A stretch of DNA of 63,503 nt, counting the filler, from Pirum gemmata (lineage: Eukaryota), in assembly GCA_002812295.1 (NCBI GenBank). It is 18 parts of 18 records of this genome, joined end to end, with 100 filler letters (N's around TTAATTAATTAA, not from the genome) between each part and the next. Parts side by side here need not be neighbours in the genome. Positions count along the whole stretch, not along the records: positions 23,102 to 30,220 come from PDIN01004031.1; positions 30,321 to 33,280 come from PDIN01004032.1; positions 33,381 to 36,310 come from PDIN01004033.1; 15 more parts are not named here. One strand, given 5' to 3'. Position 1 is the first letter of the stretch. Each line of letters begins with the position of its first letter. Below, in pieces: positions 23,147 to 35,957 of the stretch. The notes beneath the pieces are model-generated. The model was not told where the DNA came from. It was given only the letters and a program-made list of their open reading frames with translations, and did not search any database. The translations under genes and the position numbers were made by a program.

Positions 23147-23797
23147 CAATGCTTTAGGTATTATTATTGGCTTAGGTACTGTTTAGTTAGGTATTGTTTT
23201 TGGCAAAGTTTTCTTAGTTAGACGATTTCTGAAAATTTGATAATAGGCCACCGGTATAGCCTACTTTCATTTTTTTTAAAAAAAAATAAAATTTTAGGGA
23301 CTAATGATATTGAGTGATGTTATACTGTGTGTAAGGTTATACTGTGCTATTCAGCCAATAACCAAAGCAGTATAATAGAAAAATGGCAATAGTTCCATGG
23401 AACAAAAAAAAAAAAAGGTATTACCTGTAGCACCAGCAGCAGCAGNNNNNNNNNNNNNNNNNNNNNNNNNNNNNNNNNNNNNNNNNNNNNNNNNNNNNNN
23501 NNNNNNNNNNNNNNNNNNNNNNNNNNNNNNNNNNNNNNNNNNNNNNNNNNNNNNNNNNNNNNNAAAATAATTGTTGGCAATTCGACATTTTTTAATTAAA
23601 AAGTTTTGTTGCTCAAACGAAAAAAATTGAGCAACAACAACACTGAACAACATTGAAGTTCTTGAACAACAACAAAAAAAAAATTGCTCAGTCGGATTTG
23701 CTCTACTAGCTAGAGCTAGCGGATTGCTCAATTATTTTGAACTCCTTGGCGACACTTTGAAGTTTGAATTGTGTTACTCTCAGACTATCATGGACTC

Positions 23798-23829
<32 letters not shown>

Positions 23830-24350
23830 TAAACTTTTAGACTATACTTATACTTATACTTATATACGTATACTAGTTCTTATACTTATACTTATACTTA
23901 CACTTATACTTTTACTTATACTTATACTTACATTTAAAGTTATATGAACTTAAACTTATACTTATACTTATATATATACGTATACTTATATCAATACTTA
24001 TACTTATACTTATACTTATACTTTTACAAAAGGGCCTCGCGGCGTCACGTAATACTCCATGCTCAATCAAGTTCAGAGTTTAAGCTCAACACTAAAACTC
24101 CTTAGTGAGGCCGCTATAAATTAATACATTATACAATAATAATATTTGTTTTAATAATATAAAAAGTTGTTTGTCTTTATTTAATAAATTTAATTATCGA
24201 TAGAACGAGTTAACAACCAGTAGTTTAAAAGCGCTTGTGAATGTTCATCTTTCAATATCTTAATTTTTTCGTTTAGTTGTTTTATTACTATAATATAAAT
24301 ACTGTAATAATTACTATAGTTTACTATTTTATATTAATATAATAATATTA

Positions 24351-25030
24351 TGTAAGTCGCGTTCTGAGCATTCTGCGTGCCCAGCGCCGGGGGGGGGCAG
24401 CGGATCTTTTCTCTAACTTTGATTGAATTAAGTTTAAGTGTATGATTTTATTGTTTGGTATTATACAAATTGATTATGTAATAATAATTTGTATTTGTAA
24501 ATGATTATTTAGAATGTTCCAGAAAATTGTGGATTATGTAATAGTTAGTTTTCAGAAAGGTATATAAGCAGAGTGTAAAGCTTATGTGTGTATGAGAAAA
24601 AAGAGCATAAATTTATAAAGGTCTAAAATGTTGTAAATAAAAAGTATAAATTCATAAAACACAAAAATACATTATATTACTATTACAACAACACTGTCAA
24701 CATTCAATACTACAACACAAACTATTACTATTAAAATACTATCAATACAACCACACTGTCAACATTCAATACCGCAACACAAACTATTAATACTACAACT
24801 ACAACCATACAATTCTACTACAACCAACATTACATTCAATTCAATTCTTACATTCAGTTCATACATTTAAGTTATACATTCAGTTTATATTTAAGTACAC
24901 TTATTATTTATCTCTTGACTTTCTTTGAGTCTATGACCTTCACTAGGCGTTCACTTACCTATACACTTATTTATATATGCTTCACACTTATCACATTATT
25001 TACTTAATTTAATTTACAGCATATGTTACA
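24351..25030 (+). mobile_element. Possible solo LTR
   Basis: Starts TGTAA and ends TTACA. GC-rich 5' part, TATATAAG near 24561 and AATAAA near 24636. No target-site duplication seen. Confidence 0.3.
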
Positions 25031-25415
25031 CACTTGACATAGATAGTCTACTGTTATTTTACACTTATTTATATAAATAAATTATTCTATAGACTATTAA
25101 CAAGTACACTTTTTAAAAAATTTTAATCTATCTATTACTATTATTAAAAACAATCACGTCAGTTGTTACAAAAACAGTAGTACAACAGAAATAAGAAAAA
25201 CCCATATGTGAGCTTGATACATTTCAAACACTATTGAAAATTATTTGATCAGAATAATTTTCACATGTTCGAACTAATCTACAGCTCCAAACACAAAGCC
25301 AAACTACAACTATTTGCTCACTACCTCACTACACAACTTCATATCTCGCTACGCTACACAAAATTTATTTCTTGCAACTGGGGTTATAGAATGTGGGAAA
25401 AAACTAATATAAAAA

Positions 25416-25660
25416 TAGGGGTGAGATAAGTGAGATAGCTGGTGAGATACTGGTGAGATATCTACTGGAACTTTATTCGAACAGATGCTTATCGAGCCAA
25501 CCTTAGTTCCGTGTCCCTTACTAATAATAACAGTTAAATAGCTTAAAATAGTAAATATAATTATAGTAGATACCAAATAAAGTAATAATATTAACATTAA
25601 TAGTAATAAAACAATAAAAATCGGAAAAGTTCCGGCAGCTGTTCGGTAATAATAAAATGA
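25416..25660 (-). mobile_element. MITE family A, copy with reiterated left terminus and missing right TIR
   Basis: Reverse-complement match to 26688-26914; GTGAGATA is repeated four times at 25421-25460. Confidence 0.75.
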
Positions 25661-26687
25661 TCTAATCTAATACCAATTATCAAATATGGAAAAACACTGA
25701 AAAATTATACTAGTCAATTTTTTTTTTACAAAAGAAGATCAGTTAGTGGTTAAAATTTTTAAAAAAAGCCTAGAATTGATTTTTTAAAAAACTAATAATA
25801 TTATTTTTACTACGACATCAATTATGATCCATAGTAAACTTAATTTTAACCAATAGTATACTAGTATACGTAGTAAATAAATAATATGATATTTAGGATG
25901 GGGGGTCTAATATTATATTCATAATATACATATGTATGTAGAGTAGTTGATGTGGTATTGCACGTAGTAGTAGTAGTAGATGTTATAGTATTAATAATAG
26001 TAGTAGTATTAGTAGTAATTCTTGTTGTAGTAGCGTTAGTGGTAGTGGAAGTTAGGGTTAAGGTTAGGGTTAGGGTTAGGGTTAGGGTTAGGGTTAGGGT
26101 TAGGGTTAGGGTTAGGGTTAGGGTTAGGGTTAAAGTCGGGTTGTAATAGTTAGGGTTAGGGTAGTGTTTTTCGGTCATATTATAAAATTTAAATTTATTA
26201 TTAATATTATGGTGTAACTATTAGACATGCTTTAATTAATTTGGTATTTTATACTTAATTAAAATGTAGTATTTTATAAACAAGTTCAATTATTATTAAT
26301 TTGGTATTAAATTTTTATATTTAATATTATATATTTTACTCTTAAACAGTACCAAATTAAAGATTGACAGGAAAACTGTAATGAAATAGACAAGCAAGCA
26401 CGTGGTCACCAAACAAAAAAACCTCTTCATTAATTAATTAATGACATTTGTTCTAGGATTGCCATTTTAAAATGACTTAGATCGCAATCTGAAAGCTTAT
26501 AATCTTTAACTGATAGGGTCAGAAGGGTGGGTCTGTGTCTAAAAACGTCCTACTTTTTCTTACTATCATATTTTAAAAACCACTTTTTTTTTAATGTTCG
26601 AAAACTTCAAATCTATTACATTACTTATGTTTGAAAACTGAAAATTCTAGTGAATCCTAAAAGTTGGACGTTTTTCAGTTGTAACAG

Positions 26688-26914
26688 TAGGGGTGAGATG
26701 ACGTCATTTTATTATTACCGAACAGCTGCCGGAACTTTTCCGATATGGTTTTATTACTATTAATGTTAATATTATTACTCTAATTGATAACTACTATAAT
26801 TAGATTTACTATATTAAGATATTTAAAACTGCTATTATTAGTAAAGAACACGGAACTAAGGTTGGCTCGATAAGCATCTGTTCGAAAAAAGTTCTGGTAG
26901 ATATCTCACCCCTA
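26688..26914 (+). mobile_element. MITE family A (TA-GGGGTGAGAT TIR, about 230 bp)
   Basis: TAGGGGTGAGAT ... ATCTCACCCCTA; near-identical copies at 42467-42696 and 56961-57150 (reverse, internally deleted). Confidence 0.88.
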
Positions 26915-27094
26915 CTCTACTAACTAGTCCAGGTAGATACTAGAAAAACTAGTCAAAAGTAGGTATTTTGGTAGTTAGTAAATAATCTGGTACTACAAAC
27001 ATATTTACTAACTACCAAAATAACTACTTTTGTCTAAACTAAGGGAGAAAAAACAGTAAAAAAACCTGGTAAAAAAACCAGAATAAAAACCCTA

Positions 27095-27233
27095 GTCAAA
27101 TACTACGCAACCCCAATATCCGGTCAAATACAGCTTCAAATACCCCTACCTACCTACCCCTCGACGTTAATTTCCGGTCAAATACCACCTACTTACCTAC
27201 CCCCTTGATGTGACGTATTATTTGAACGTTCCC
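27095..27233 (-). mobile_element. MITE family D copy (reverse orientation)
   Basis: Reverse complement of the element at 51513-51658 and 28458-28600 (TACCCCTACCTACCTACCCC, TGACGTATTATTTGAAC). Confidence 0.75.
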
Positions 27234-27605
27234 AAAAACCAGAGAAAAAAACTCGAGAAAAAAAACCTGACTCAAAAATTTTTTTTTTTGTAAAAATCAA
27301 TTGGTTTCCTTTTTTGGTTTTTATTTTGGGGTTTTGTTTTCGAGTATCGAATCAGAGTTACAAGATCCTCGTTTAGCCTCTTTTTTTTAAAAAAAATATA
27401 TAGAAACCGAAATAAATTGTGGATTTTTTATTTTCAACCAATCATATTTGGTTTTTGTCTACATTTATTTAAAAAATAATTTACGATTCGAACATTTTTA
27501 TTGGGTGATTTTATTTTTATATATTTTGGGGAGGAATGAGTTATTCAAACAGTTTTTCGATCATATTTATTTATTATGTTTGTTTTCCATATCGTAAATT
27601 TTTTG

Positions 27606-27860
27606 GGGGACTTGGGTCGGTCTGCCATTGCCCTACCAAATTCAGCATCAAAAAAATATCAAAAAAAATATCAACCCCCTAAGATCCCTAACCCTAACCC
27701 TAACCCTAAAAATTTTTGGATTTTTGCCCGAGTAAAATTTCGGGCCCGTCCGACCAGATGCCCGGGCGTCCATAAAGTTTCTCGGGCATGTCCGAAGCCG
27801 GACGAACACTGAAAAAGTGCTTTGTTCGGCGGACGTTGACATCACTGAACCCAACTCCCC
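27606..27860. mobile_element. GC-rich MITE-like element carrying an internal (CCCTAA)n tract
   Basis: Termini GGGGACTTGGGTCGGT and ACTGAACCCAACTCCCC are imperfect inverted repeats; CCCTAA repeats at about 27686-27708. Confidence 0.55.
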
Positions 27861-28457
27861 TCCCCGTTCAGTTTATTTTTAGTTTAATGGTGGTTTAAGC
27901 ACTAGTTCAAAATGCTTGTTGGTGGTTTATTTTATACTAATAATAATTTTTATAAATAACCCTATCTTTCTATTTGTTTAACTTTGACTGACCTGTTTAA
28001 GCACTAGTTCAAAGTGCTTGTTGGTTATTTGTTTAATAATAATATATTCATAAATTATAATCATTTTGCTTAAAAAAGTTGTGTATATGTTTATATCAAA
28101 ATTTTGTGTATAAATACTGATTTATTTTGGGAGTATTTTTTGAAAATTAAAACAAAAATAATAATAATAACCAAAATGAAAGTTCAAAATATTTAAAAAA
28201 TAAATAGTATACAATAATGTAAAAAAAATATATTTCTATCATTTTACATAATATATGTATCATTGTTTTTATTTTCTTGATTCGGTTTTTTAGGGCTTGG
28301 CTTGCTAACTGGATTGAAGCGGTTCGGTTTAGGCTCGGTTCGAAAAAACTAATTAGGAGGAAAAAAATACTCTCGGGCTCCTAAAAAGCAAAAAAATGAC
28401 AAAAACCATATTAGGTTATCTCAGAAAAAAAAGAGATATGTCAATTTTTTTATCCCA

Positions 28458-28600
28458 GTCAAATAATACGTCACGTCAAGGGGAAGGTAGGTAGGTGGTA
28501 TTTAACCGGAAATTAACGTCGAGGGGTAGGTAGTTAGGGGTATTTGAAGCTGTATATGACCGGAAATTGGCATTACGTAGTGTTTGAACGCGCTCCCTTA
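28458..28600 (+). mobile_element. MITE family D copy
   Basis: AATAATACGTCACGTCAAGGGG...GGTAGGTAGG...TGTTTGAACGCGCTCCC-TTA. Confidence 0.8.
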
Positions 28601-29216
28601 TCCTAGTGGTTGAAATTAAAAAAAACCCCAAAATTATTATTATTATTTTTTTTTTTTTTAAATGTGTACACCCGATGTCTTGTGGAAAACAACTGGGACC
28701 TGGAGAAAATCATTTTTTAAAATTTTATTGGGTTGTTTTTAAAAAAATTAATTGGGTTGTTTTTGGTTTTATTATTTTTGTTTATTTTATATTATTAAAA
28801 CTTATTAAATAATCAACTCATAATATTACTTGCAACATTTACTTTATTGTTTGGTTTACCGTTCATACTAAAACTACAACATATCAAAATTACACTTTTA
28901 ATTAACACAAATTTTACTTTTACACATTTCTCCATTTTCATGAGAGATTTTCTAATTCCCAATTTTCAAGAGAGTTTTTTCTACTTTTCAATTTTCTTAC
29001 TCTATTTATACTATTCCATTATGATAGACTTTGCCGCTGTCGCTCCGTTCACACTTGATAGACTNAACATTAAGTATAAAATACCAAATTAATTAAAACA
29101 TGTCTGATAGTTTAACCATAATAATAATTTGATACTTTTAAATTTATTTCAGTTTTTGAACGACAGCACTATTGAAAAACAAAATATTATCAGTTATGCT
29201 ATTATAATATCAATAT

Positions 29217-29444
29217 AATATGAGCCCATGGGTGGTGACCCGGGTCCCTAGACTTTATTTAATTAAACGCACATAATTCCATTGCTGTTACTGCTATGAA
29301 GATGATGATTATCATAAGTATAAAGTTTAAGTCATATACTAGTATATATTGTTGTCTTTATAATCATCTTCATAGTAACAATAGCAATGGAGATATAAGA
29401 GTTTAAAAGGTACTTGGGTCACCGCCCATATAGGTTTATATGTT
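29217..29444. mobile_element. Foldback/MITE family H, full-length copy
   Basis: Long inverted arms GGGTGGTGACCC...CCATTGCTGTTACTGCTATGAAGATGAT / ATCATCTTCATAGTAACAATAGCAATGG...GGGTCACCGCCC. Confidence 0.75.
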
Positions 29445-29782
29445 GTTGTTATTAGTGTTGTTGACCCTTAGTTAGGTAGTGAATTCATAACAAAATGCAG
29501 TCAAAATGAGTAGTAGGCTCATCCTACATTATAGCAAAATAACAATAATTTTGGAAAATTTATATTTTTATAAATTTTTATAAAAACAATCCCACAGCTG
29601 ACTGACCGGGAGCTGATGGGTATAAAAGGAGCTCTGCTCTTAAAAATTGNNNNNNNNNNNNNNNNNNNNNNNNNNNNNNNNNNNNNNNNNNNNNNNNNNN
29701 NNNNNNNNNNNNNNNNNAATATGCATTTATTTTATTTATTTTATTTATTTTATTTATTTATTTTATTTATTTCATTTATTTC

Positions 29783-29813
<31 letters not shown>

Positions 29814-29877
29814 TGTGTTCTCATATTTATTTTTATTATTTTATTTATTTATTCTTATAATATCATTATTGTGTTAG

Positions 29878-30220
29878 AATACAAAACTTAAAAGAAAAGT
29901 CACTAAAATGGAGGAGAAAAACAAAGATAAGAATAACGAAATCCAGAAAATAATAAATCAGAATGAAAATAAAGAAAAAGAACTCAAAGAATTACAACTC
30001 CTCCTTCAAAACAACAACAACAACAACAACAATAAAAGCGCTAACAACAACACCAATATCAATAATAATGGGGATAATAATGGCAGCAATAACGATACTA
30101 ATACTTGTAATAATGACAGTGAAAATAATAGTAACAATAACAGTAAAAACATTCCAACAATATCTGGTGAATCGATTTCTTTCGATACTAATAATAATAA
30201 CAATAATAATAATAATAATA
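29878..30220 (+). CDS. Internal exon of a coiled-coil/Asn-rich hypothetical protein (partial)
   Basis: Acceptor TTAG at 29874-29877 after a T-rich tract; open frame NTKLKRKVTKMEEKNKDKNNEIQKIINQNENKEKELKELQLLLQN... runs to the scaffold edge. Confidence 0.6.
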
Positions 30221-30699
30221 NNNNNNNNNNNNNNNNNNNNNNNNNNNNNNNNNNNNNNNNNNNNTTAATTAATTAANNNNNNNNNNNNNNNNNNNNNNNN
30301 NNNNNNNNNNNNNNNNNNNNTTATTATTAATAATAATAATAATAATAAGAAATTTTATTTTTTAAAAAAAAATGCTGTTTTTCTCAGGAGAGGAGCAGTA
30401 GGTTACAATTTTAGTTAGGATGACATGGTTAATAATTTAAGTTTTTATAAATTTTGTTGATTTGCTTTGTTTTACTTTTGTAACGGTTGACAATCTGTTT
30501 ATCTGTGTTTTTTGCTGTGTTCTATTTTTTGCTTTTGTTTTTGTTTTTGTTTATTTTTTTTCTTTCTTTTTTTTTTCTTGTCTCCAAACCGTATCCCTGA
30601 CCTTTTCTATTTTGCTATTTCCCTTTTCTCTTTTCCTTTTTCCGTGTATATATATATATTGTTATTTTCTTTTTCATTTTATAAATATATTTATTACAG

Positions 30700-30783
30700 G
30701 TAACTTTCGCAAGTGAATTACGAGCAGCTGAATACCGCCATATGATGCCAAAGATAATACCCATGGATGAATACAGTAAATAA
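30700..30783 (+). CDS. Possible terminal exon of an unidentified gene
   Basis: After a long pyrimidine tract and TTACAG: VTFASELRAAEYRHMMPKIIPMDEYSK*. Upstream exon not resolved. Confidence 0.3.
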   Translation, partial: VTFASELRAAEYRHMMPKIIPMDEYSK

Positions 30784-31202
30784 CAAACCATTTGACTAAG
30801 CTTGTTTTGTTTTTAGTGGGGCACTAGTACCTTTTGCTCATTGTTGAATACAGCGTATACATATATGGGTTAGGGTTAGGGTTAGGGTTAGGGTTATCAC
30901 CAATAATGACGAGGAGCAACTGTTAAGCTTTAAATTATTCATAATCTATATAGAATTTAGATTTATTTGACTATAGTTCGTTTTGTTATGATGTAAATAG
31001 TTATATATGTACCCATGCACTAAAATAAGTCCCTTTAAAACTCTAGTAATAATTTTAAAATCCATCAAAATAAAAACCTGTGAACTAAGCTCTTAAAAAA
31101 AAAATAAAAAAAAAAATACAACATCAAAGAAATAATAAAAAATAAGTTTAATTTATAATATATTATGGCTTAAAAAAATTATAACAATATGTTTTTGTAT
31201 TT

Positions 31203-32626
31203 TTAAATACGGGCCTCAGAATAGCTATTAGATTCCACAAAAGCTAAATCGTTAATAGAAAATCCTTGTGGGTTCCTTCGACGCCTAGTACAGATATTTG
31301 TTATTTCTATAATTTTACCTGGAGTAGAGATCATTTCTTTCATTTCTATAACCCTGTTTCCATATAATTCTGATGTTCTATCGAAATCGATATCGTTTAT
31401 CAAAGCTTGCTGTATATTATTTTGCTCTTGCTCTTGTTGTTGTTTTTGTTCTTCTTGTTGTTCTTCTTCTTGAGCAGTTGTTGTTATTCGCGTAACGATT
31501 CTTTCTTCTTCCAATACTAAAGCGGTGTTTTTAGTGGTGATTTCGTAAACTTGGTCTTCCCAGCCAGGTAATTGATACCAATCATTTCGACTGGTTCGTA
31601 ATGGTGCTTTGTGTGACATAGTTGAATATTGTTTTTGATGATTTACGTTATTCCATAATTTTTCAATAGATTTAGTTATAGTCGTTGTTGTATTTGTTAC
31701 CTCTGCTAGTTTCAAATTTTGATTTGTAGTTCTTTCTATCCAACCACTTACCTCAAACCACTTGTGATTCCCTGAATCTACGTTAGTGGGTAATATATTC
31801 TTGGGGTATAAATATAAACGAGAGCGACTATTTCTATTTCCCTGGCCACTTATTTTAAACCTCTCGTTACCATTTGTTTTTATTTCAGCCAAAGTGGATT
31901 TTGCAAAGGTAGAGTAAGAGTAGTGTTGTCTATTGAAGTTATGATGTGATGATAAGGGTGGTGTTGTTTTTGTTGTGTTCAGTGAAGATTTAGGATTTCT
32001 ATCAATCCAGCCACTTATTTTGAACCATTCGTTATCATTCACCTCGGGTTCCGATTGTATAGTTATTGATGAGCATTCGCGTGTATTTGTTGTTATTATA
32101 TTATGGAAGCGGTACGTACACGTGCTATTACGAAATTTTAAGTAATAAAAAAGAAAGGGAAAATAGGATTAAAATTAAAATACAGTGATTCTAACATCGA
32201 ACGATTATTTACAAAATTATCAAGACTAATAATAAAAAACATTAAACAAAGAAAATATATGTTGACAATGATAAGTTACCGATATACGAAAATGTTATTT
32301 GAGAATGATAACTATAGTTCAAAAAATGATATAGATGGCCAATAATTTAAGAAAAATTAAGGGGAAAAAAAATCGTCAATAAAGGAGTAATAATGATAAA
32401 ATTAAATTGAATTGAATTGTATTCAGAACATCGATTATTCGAAAGTGTTATTAAGATGATAAAATTAAATTGAATTGAATAGTATTCAGAATATCGATTA
32501 TTCGAAAGTGTTATTCGAAAATGATCTTAGAAGCAAAAAAAATAACAATTAATATTACCAAGAGAGTGAAACTAGAACTGGGCGGAAACTTGAAGTTTTC
32601 AATGCAATACTACTACTACTTAACAT
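31203..32626 (-). CDS. Hypothetical 329-aa protein with four W-F-x-I-S-G-W-like repeats, possibly mitochondrion-targeted; 2 exons
   Basis: Exon 1 complement 32626-32559 (MLSSSSIALKTSSFRPVLVSLS, donor GTAATA) splices in phase to exon 2 32124-31203 (pyrimidine tract + TAATAG acceptor), extending the 279-aa ORF. Confidence 0.7.
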
Positions 32627-33746
32627 ATTTTGAGCCTGTTGTTTTGCTTTTTAAGCTTTTTACCTGCTTTGATCTTAGAATTTGGATTTTGCTTTTAATT
32701 TCAGTTTTAACTTGAACGGTTTTAATTTTTGTTTTTTTGTTTTATAATGTTTTATAAATAAATCAAATAATTTTCAGACTTTTTATTATTTATAATAATA
32801 ACTGGTATCATATTATAATAAAAAATTTAATTTATTTATTATGATTATGACATATTATAATAAAAATAACTTAAAAATACCAGTAGACCTGGTAGACTAT
32901 CTAGCTAGGGTATTTCCTGTTCTGGAAATAAAGGAAATAGTCTATTTTTTTTTTTTTTTTTGACATAGACTACCGGATAAAATCGTAACATCTGCTACGA
33001 GCCCAAAAATCCAAAAAATCTCAAAATTTTCCAATTTTAAATAAAGTACTACCAAAGTTTGAGAAATTTTTTAACAAATAAAACTTTATTATAAACAAAT
33101 GGCCAGCTTTTAAAAATAATTTGGCTAGTTAGCATTAAAGGTTTTAGAAAAGAAGTCTAAAAAAAATGATTTCTACAGTCACGACGAGAGTCTCGACTCT
33201 CGACTCTAGCTAGGTCTATCATATCTATATTTTAAAAATAGCTACTAGCTAGTACTGGTTTATTAGTGGTTTAGTTGGTCNNNNNNNNNNNNNNNNNNNN
33301 NNNNNNNNNNNNNNNNNNNNNNNNTTAATTAATTAANNNNNNNNNNNNNNNNNNNNNNNNNNNNNNNNNNNNNNNNNNNNTATTATTATTATTAATTATT
33401 ATTATTACTATATATTATTATTATTATTATTAATTATTATTATTATTATTATTAATTATTATTAATAATAATTATTACAGTCTTTAGAATCAATAGACTA
33501 TGATATACCCTGGACTGATTTATTCTAAATAATTTCTAATAAAGAAATACCCTGGCCTACTCTGCAGCTCCTACTGCTCTGTGGATTACAGTTAGTCTAT
33601 CCTCTCAATCTCAAAAATTTGGTATAGTACTTTTCATTTGTTTTGGGAGTGTTTTGGGATAATCGAACTTGTTTATAAAATAAAATATTTAGTATAAAAT
33701 ACCAAAAAAAGTAAAAAATGTCTGATAATTTGTTACGTTTATTTCC

Positions 33747-33992
33747 CTGAAGATTGAAAAATCTGAACATGGAATTGAATCTAGAAGGGTATTTTTGTCA
33801 ACTAAGACATCTAGATTGGTATTTTAAACATCTAGATACACTTTTTTTTTTTTTNAGCAAAATAAAGGATCAAAAAAAATATCGATTCAAACGATGGTTT
33901 TTTAAAAAGTCTAAAAATACCAATCTAGATGTCTTAGTTGACAAAATTACCCTTCTAGATTCAATTCCATCTTCAGATTTTTTCATCTTCAG
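33747..33992. mobile_element. Foldback element with ~80-bp near-perfect terminal inverted repeats
   Basis: CTGAAGATTGAAAAATCTGAA...GTCAACTAAGACATCTAGATTGGTATTTT (33747-33826) is mirrored at 33913-33992. Confidence 0.8.
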
Positions 33993-34803
33993 ATTTTTTA
34001 CTGATACGTGTGATATAGCTAACTCCTGCTAGCTCTAGCTAGCTAGAGAGCTACTACTAGAGCTACGATAGCTCTAGCCTAGCAGGGCTACTATCTATCC
34101 TATCTATCATAGCTCTAGCTAGTAGCATCTAGCTAGCTAGACGGATTCTAGAGAGTTTCTAGAGCTAGTAGTGTTTTCGTTTATTTTGTTACTGAATATT
34201 TATTTGGAGGGTTATAATATTTAAATTGATATTTTTATATTAATAAATAGATAGTAACATATGCCAAATTAAATTAAATGGATTTATATTGTATTAATTT
34301 GATACAATTTATTATATATTTTATGATGACAAAACGCTGCACTATAGTTAGACCTATAGCTAGTATGAATCATAGCACTCGCTAGTCTAGCTATGATTAG
34401 GAATCATCCATCAAGGGCGTCACCTAATCTTACCTATGCCTTTTTGTCCAAAACACTTTTGGTCATAATTTTAAAGTTAATTTTAATAATTAATTACTGC
34501 TTAAAACAGTTTAAGTCACACTTTCGAGCAATGACTTCTATCAGAGAATAAGTAACGTCCTTTATGAATATAGGCTGGCTAGACTGATATAATCCATAAT
34601 ATTCTACTCAGTATTTTCTTTTTATTACTTTTCTTGTTTTGTCTTTTCTTACCAATGTAACCTTAACCACCTACCCTAACTCTGTCTAAAGTTGTCGGCT
34701 TAAACTGGACAGGGGCTGGGGTTGAGCCAGCATCCTCAGCTTAGACCCTTGATGAGCATATAAAACAATATAAATCATAAAAAATAACATTAATTGATTT
34801 AAT

Positions 34804-35887
34804 ATATTGATCATATGAAACAACATAAATCATAAAAAAAACAAAAAAAACATACAACTAAAAAGAAACCACACTATCAGATATAAATATAACTACTACT
34901 ATTACTACACACAACATTAATATAATAATATATATAATATTACAATCACCTTCATTAATTAATCAATTACTAATCTCAAAATTAACGAAAAAAGGAAAAT
35001 ACTATTTTTCTAATTTTTTTCAACACATATTAATACTAGCTATATTATTATAAATATAAAACAGTAGAATAGCAGTAGCCATTAGGAGGCCTTTTGGATT
35101 TTTTTAAATTTTTTTGATTTGGTTCTTGATGTTTTTCACCTTTTAAAATGTTATAAAACAAGTAAGGGGATTTGGTCACAGCTTGATTGCATTTTGTTTC
35201 CAAAAACACAAGTTTTTCTACTACTTCTTCACCTAATAGCATGATTGTCTTTTTTATATCGTTTTTAAAAACGCCGGTATTTGCAAATTCATGAAACTAA
35301 GAAAAAGATTTTTATTAATTAACTATTGCTTCAGTTTCAGTTTCATTTTCATTCCATAAAATTGGTTCATCTTTGTCTAGATTAAAATCGTTTACGAAAT
35401 TCTTATACATATGGAAACAATTTGCAACAAAACATTCTGGACGTGGGGCTAAGTAATATTGATCATATATAAAACAACATATATCATAAAAAAAAAAAAC
35501 AAAAAAAAAAACATATTATATTATATTAATTAATATTAATACAACTAAAAAGAAACCACACTATATATCAGATGTAAATATAACTACTACTATTACTACA
35601 CACAACATTTTTAATATAATAATATATATTACAATCACTTTTTAATTAATTAATCAATTTCTAATCTCAAAATTAACGAAAAAAGGAATTACTACACACA
35701 ACATGTTGAGAAAAACCAAACTCACAAACCGACACGCGAACAAAGAGAAAAACCAAACACACAAACCAACACGCGAACAAACAACATTCTAATCTCAAAA
35801 TTAACGAAAAAAGGAAAATACTATTTTTCTTCTTTTTTTCAACACATATACTATAGCTAGCTATACTATTATAAATATAAAACAGTA
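34804..35887. repeat. ~260-bp direct repeat pair flanking a coding relic
   Basis: 34804-35066 recurs at 35454-35887; the second copy carries an insert with a ~36-bp tandem pair at about 35707-35781. Confidence 0.85.
35067..35450 (-). pseudogene. Gene relic ending at an HMG-box-like start motif (KKSKRPPNGY)
   Basis: One minus frame PRPECFVANCFHMYKNF...EAIVN**KSFS*FHEFAN...KKSKRPPNGYC with three in-frame stops. KRPxNxY/F is typical of HMG-box N-termini. Confidence 0.4.
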
Positions 35888-35957
35888 TTTTAAAAAAAAT
35901 AAAATAGCAGTATATATGGGTGCGATATTTTTTAAAAATTTGTTATAATTATTATGA

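Noticed and set aside
34700..34770. Penelope-type hammerhead ribozyme (minus strand CTGAGGA-TGCTGG...CCAGC)
   Set aside because: The required GAAA after stem II is absent and stems I and III are not evident.
35067..35450. Alternative genetic code (TAA/TAG read as Gln)
   Set aside because: Intact genes in the window end in TAA and have no internal TAA/TAG; the stops are confined to relics.
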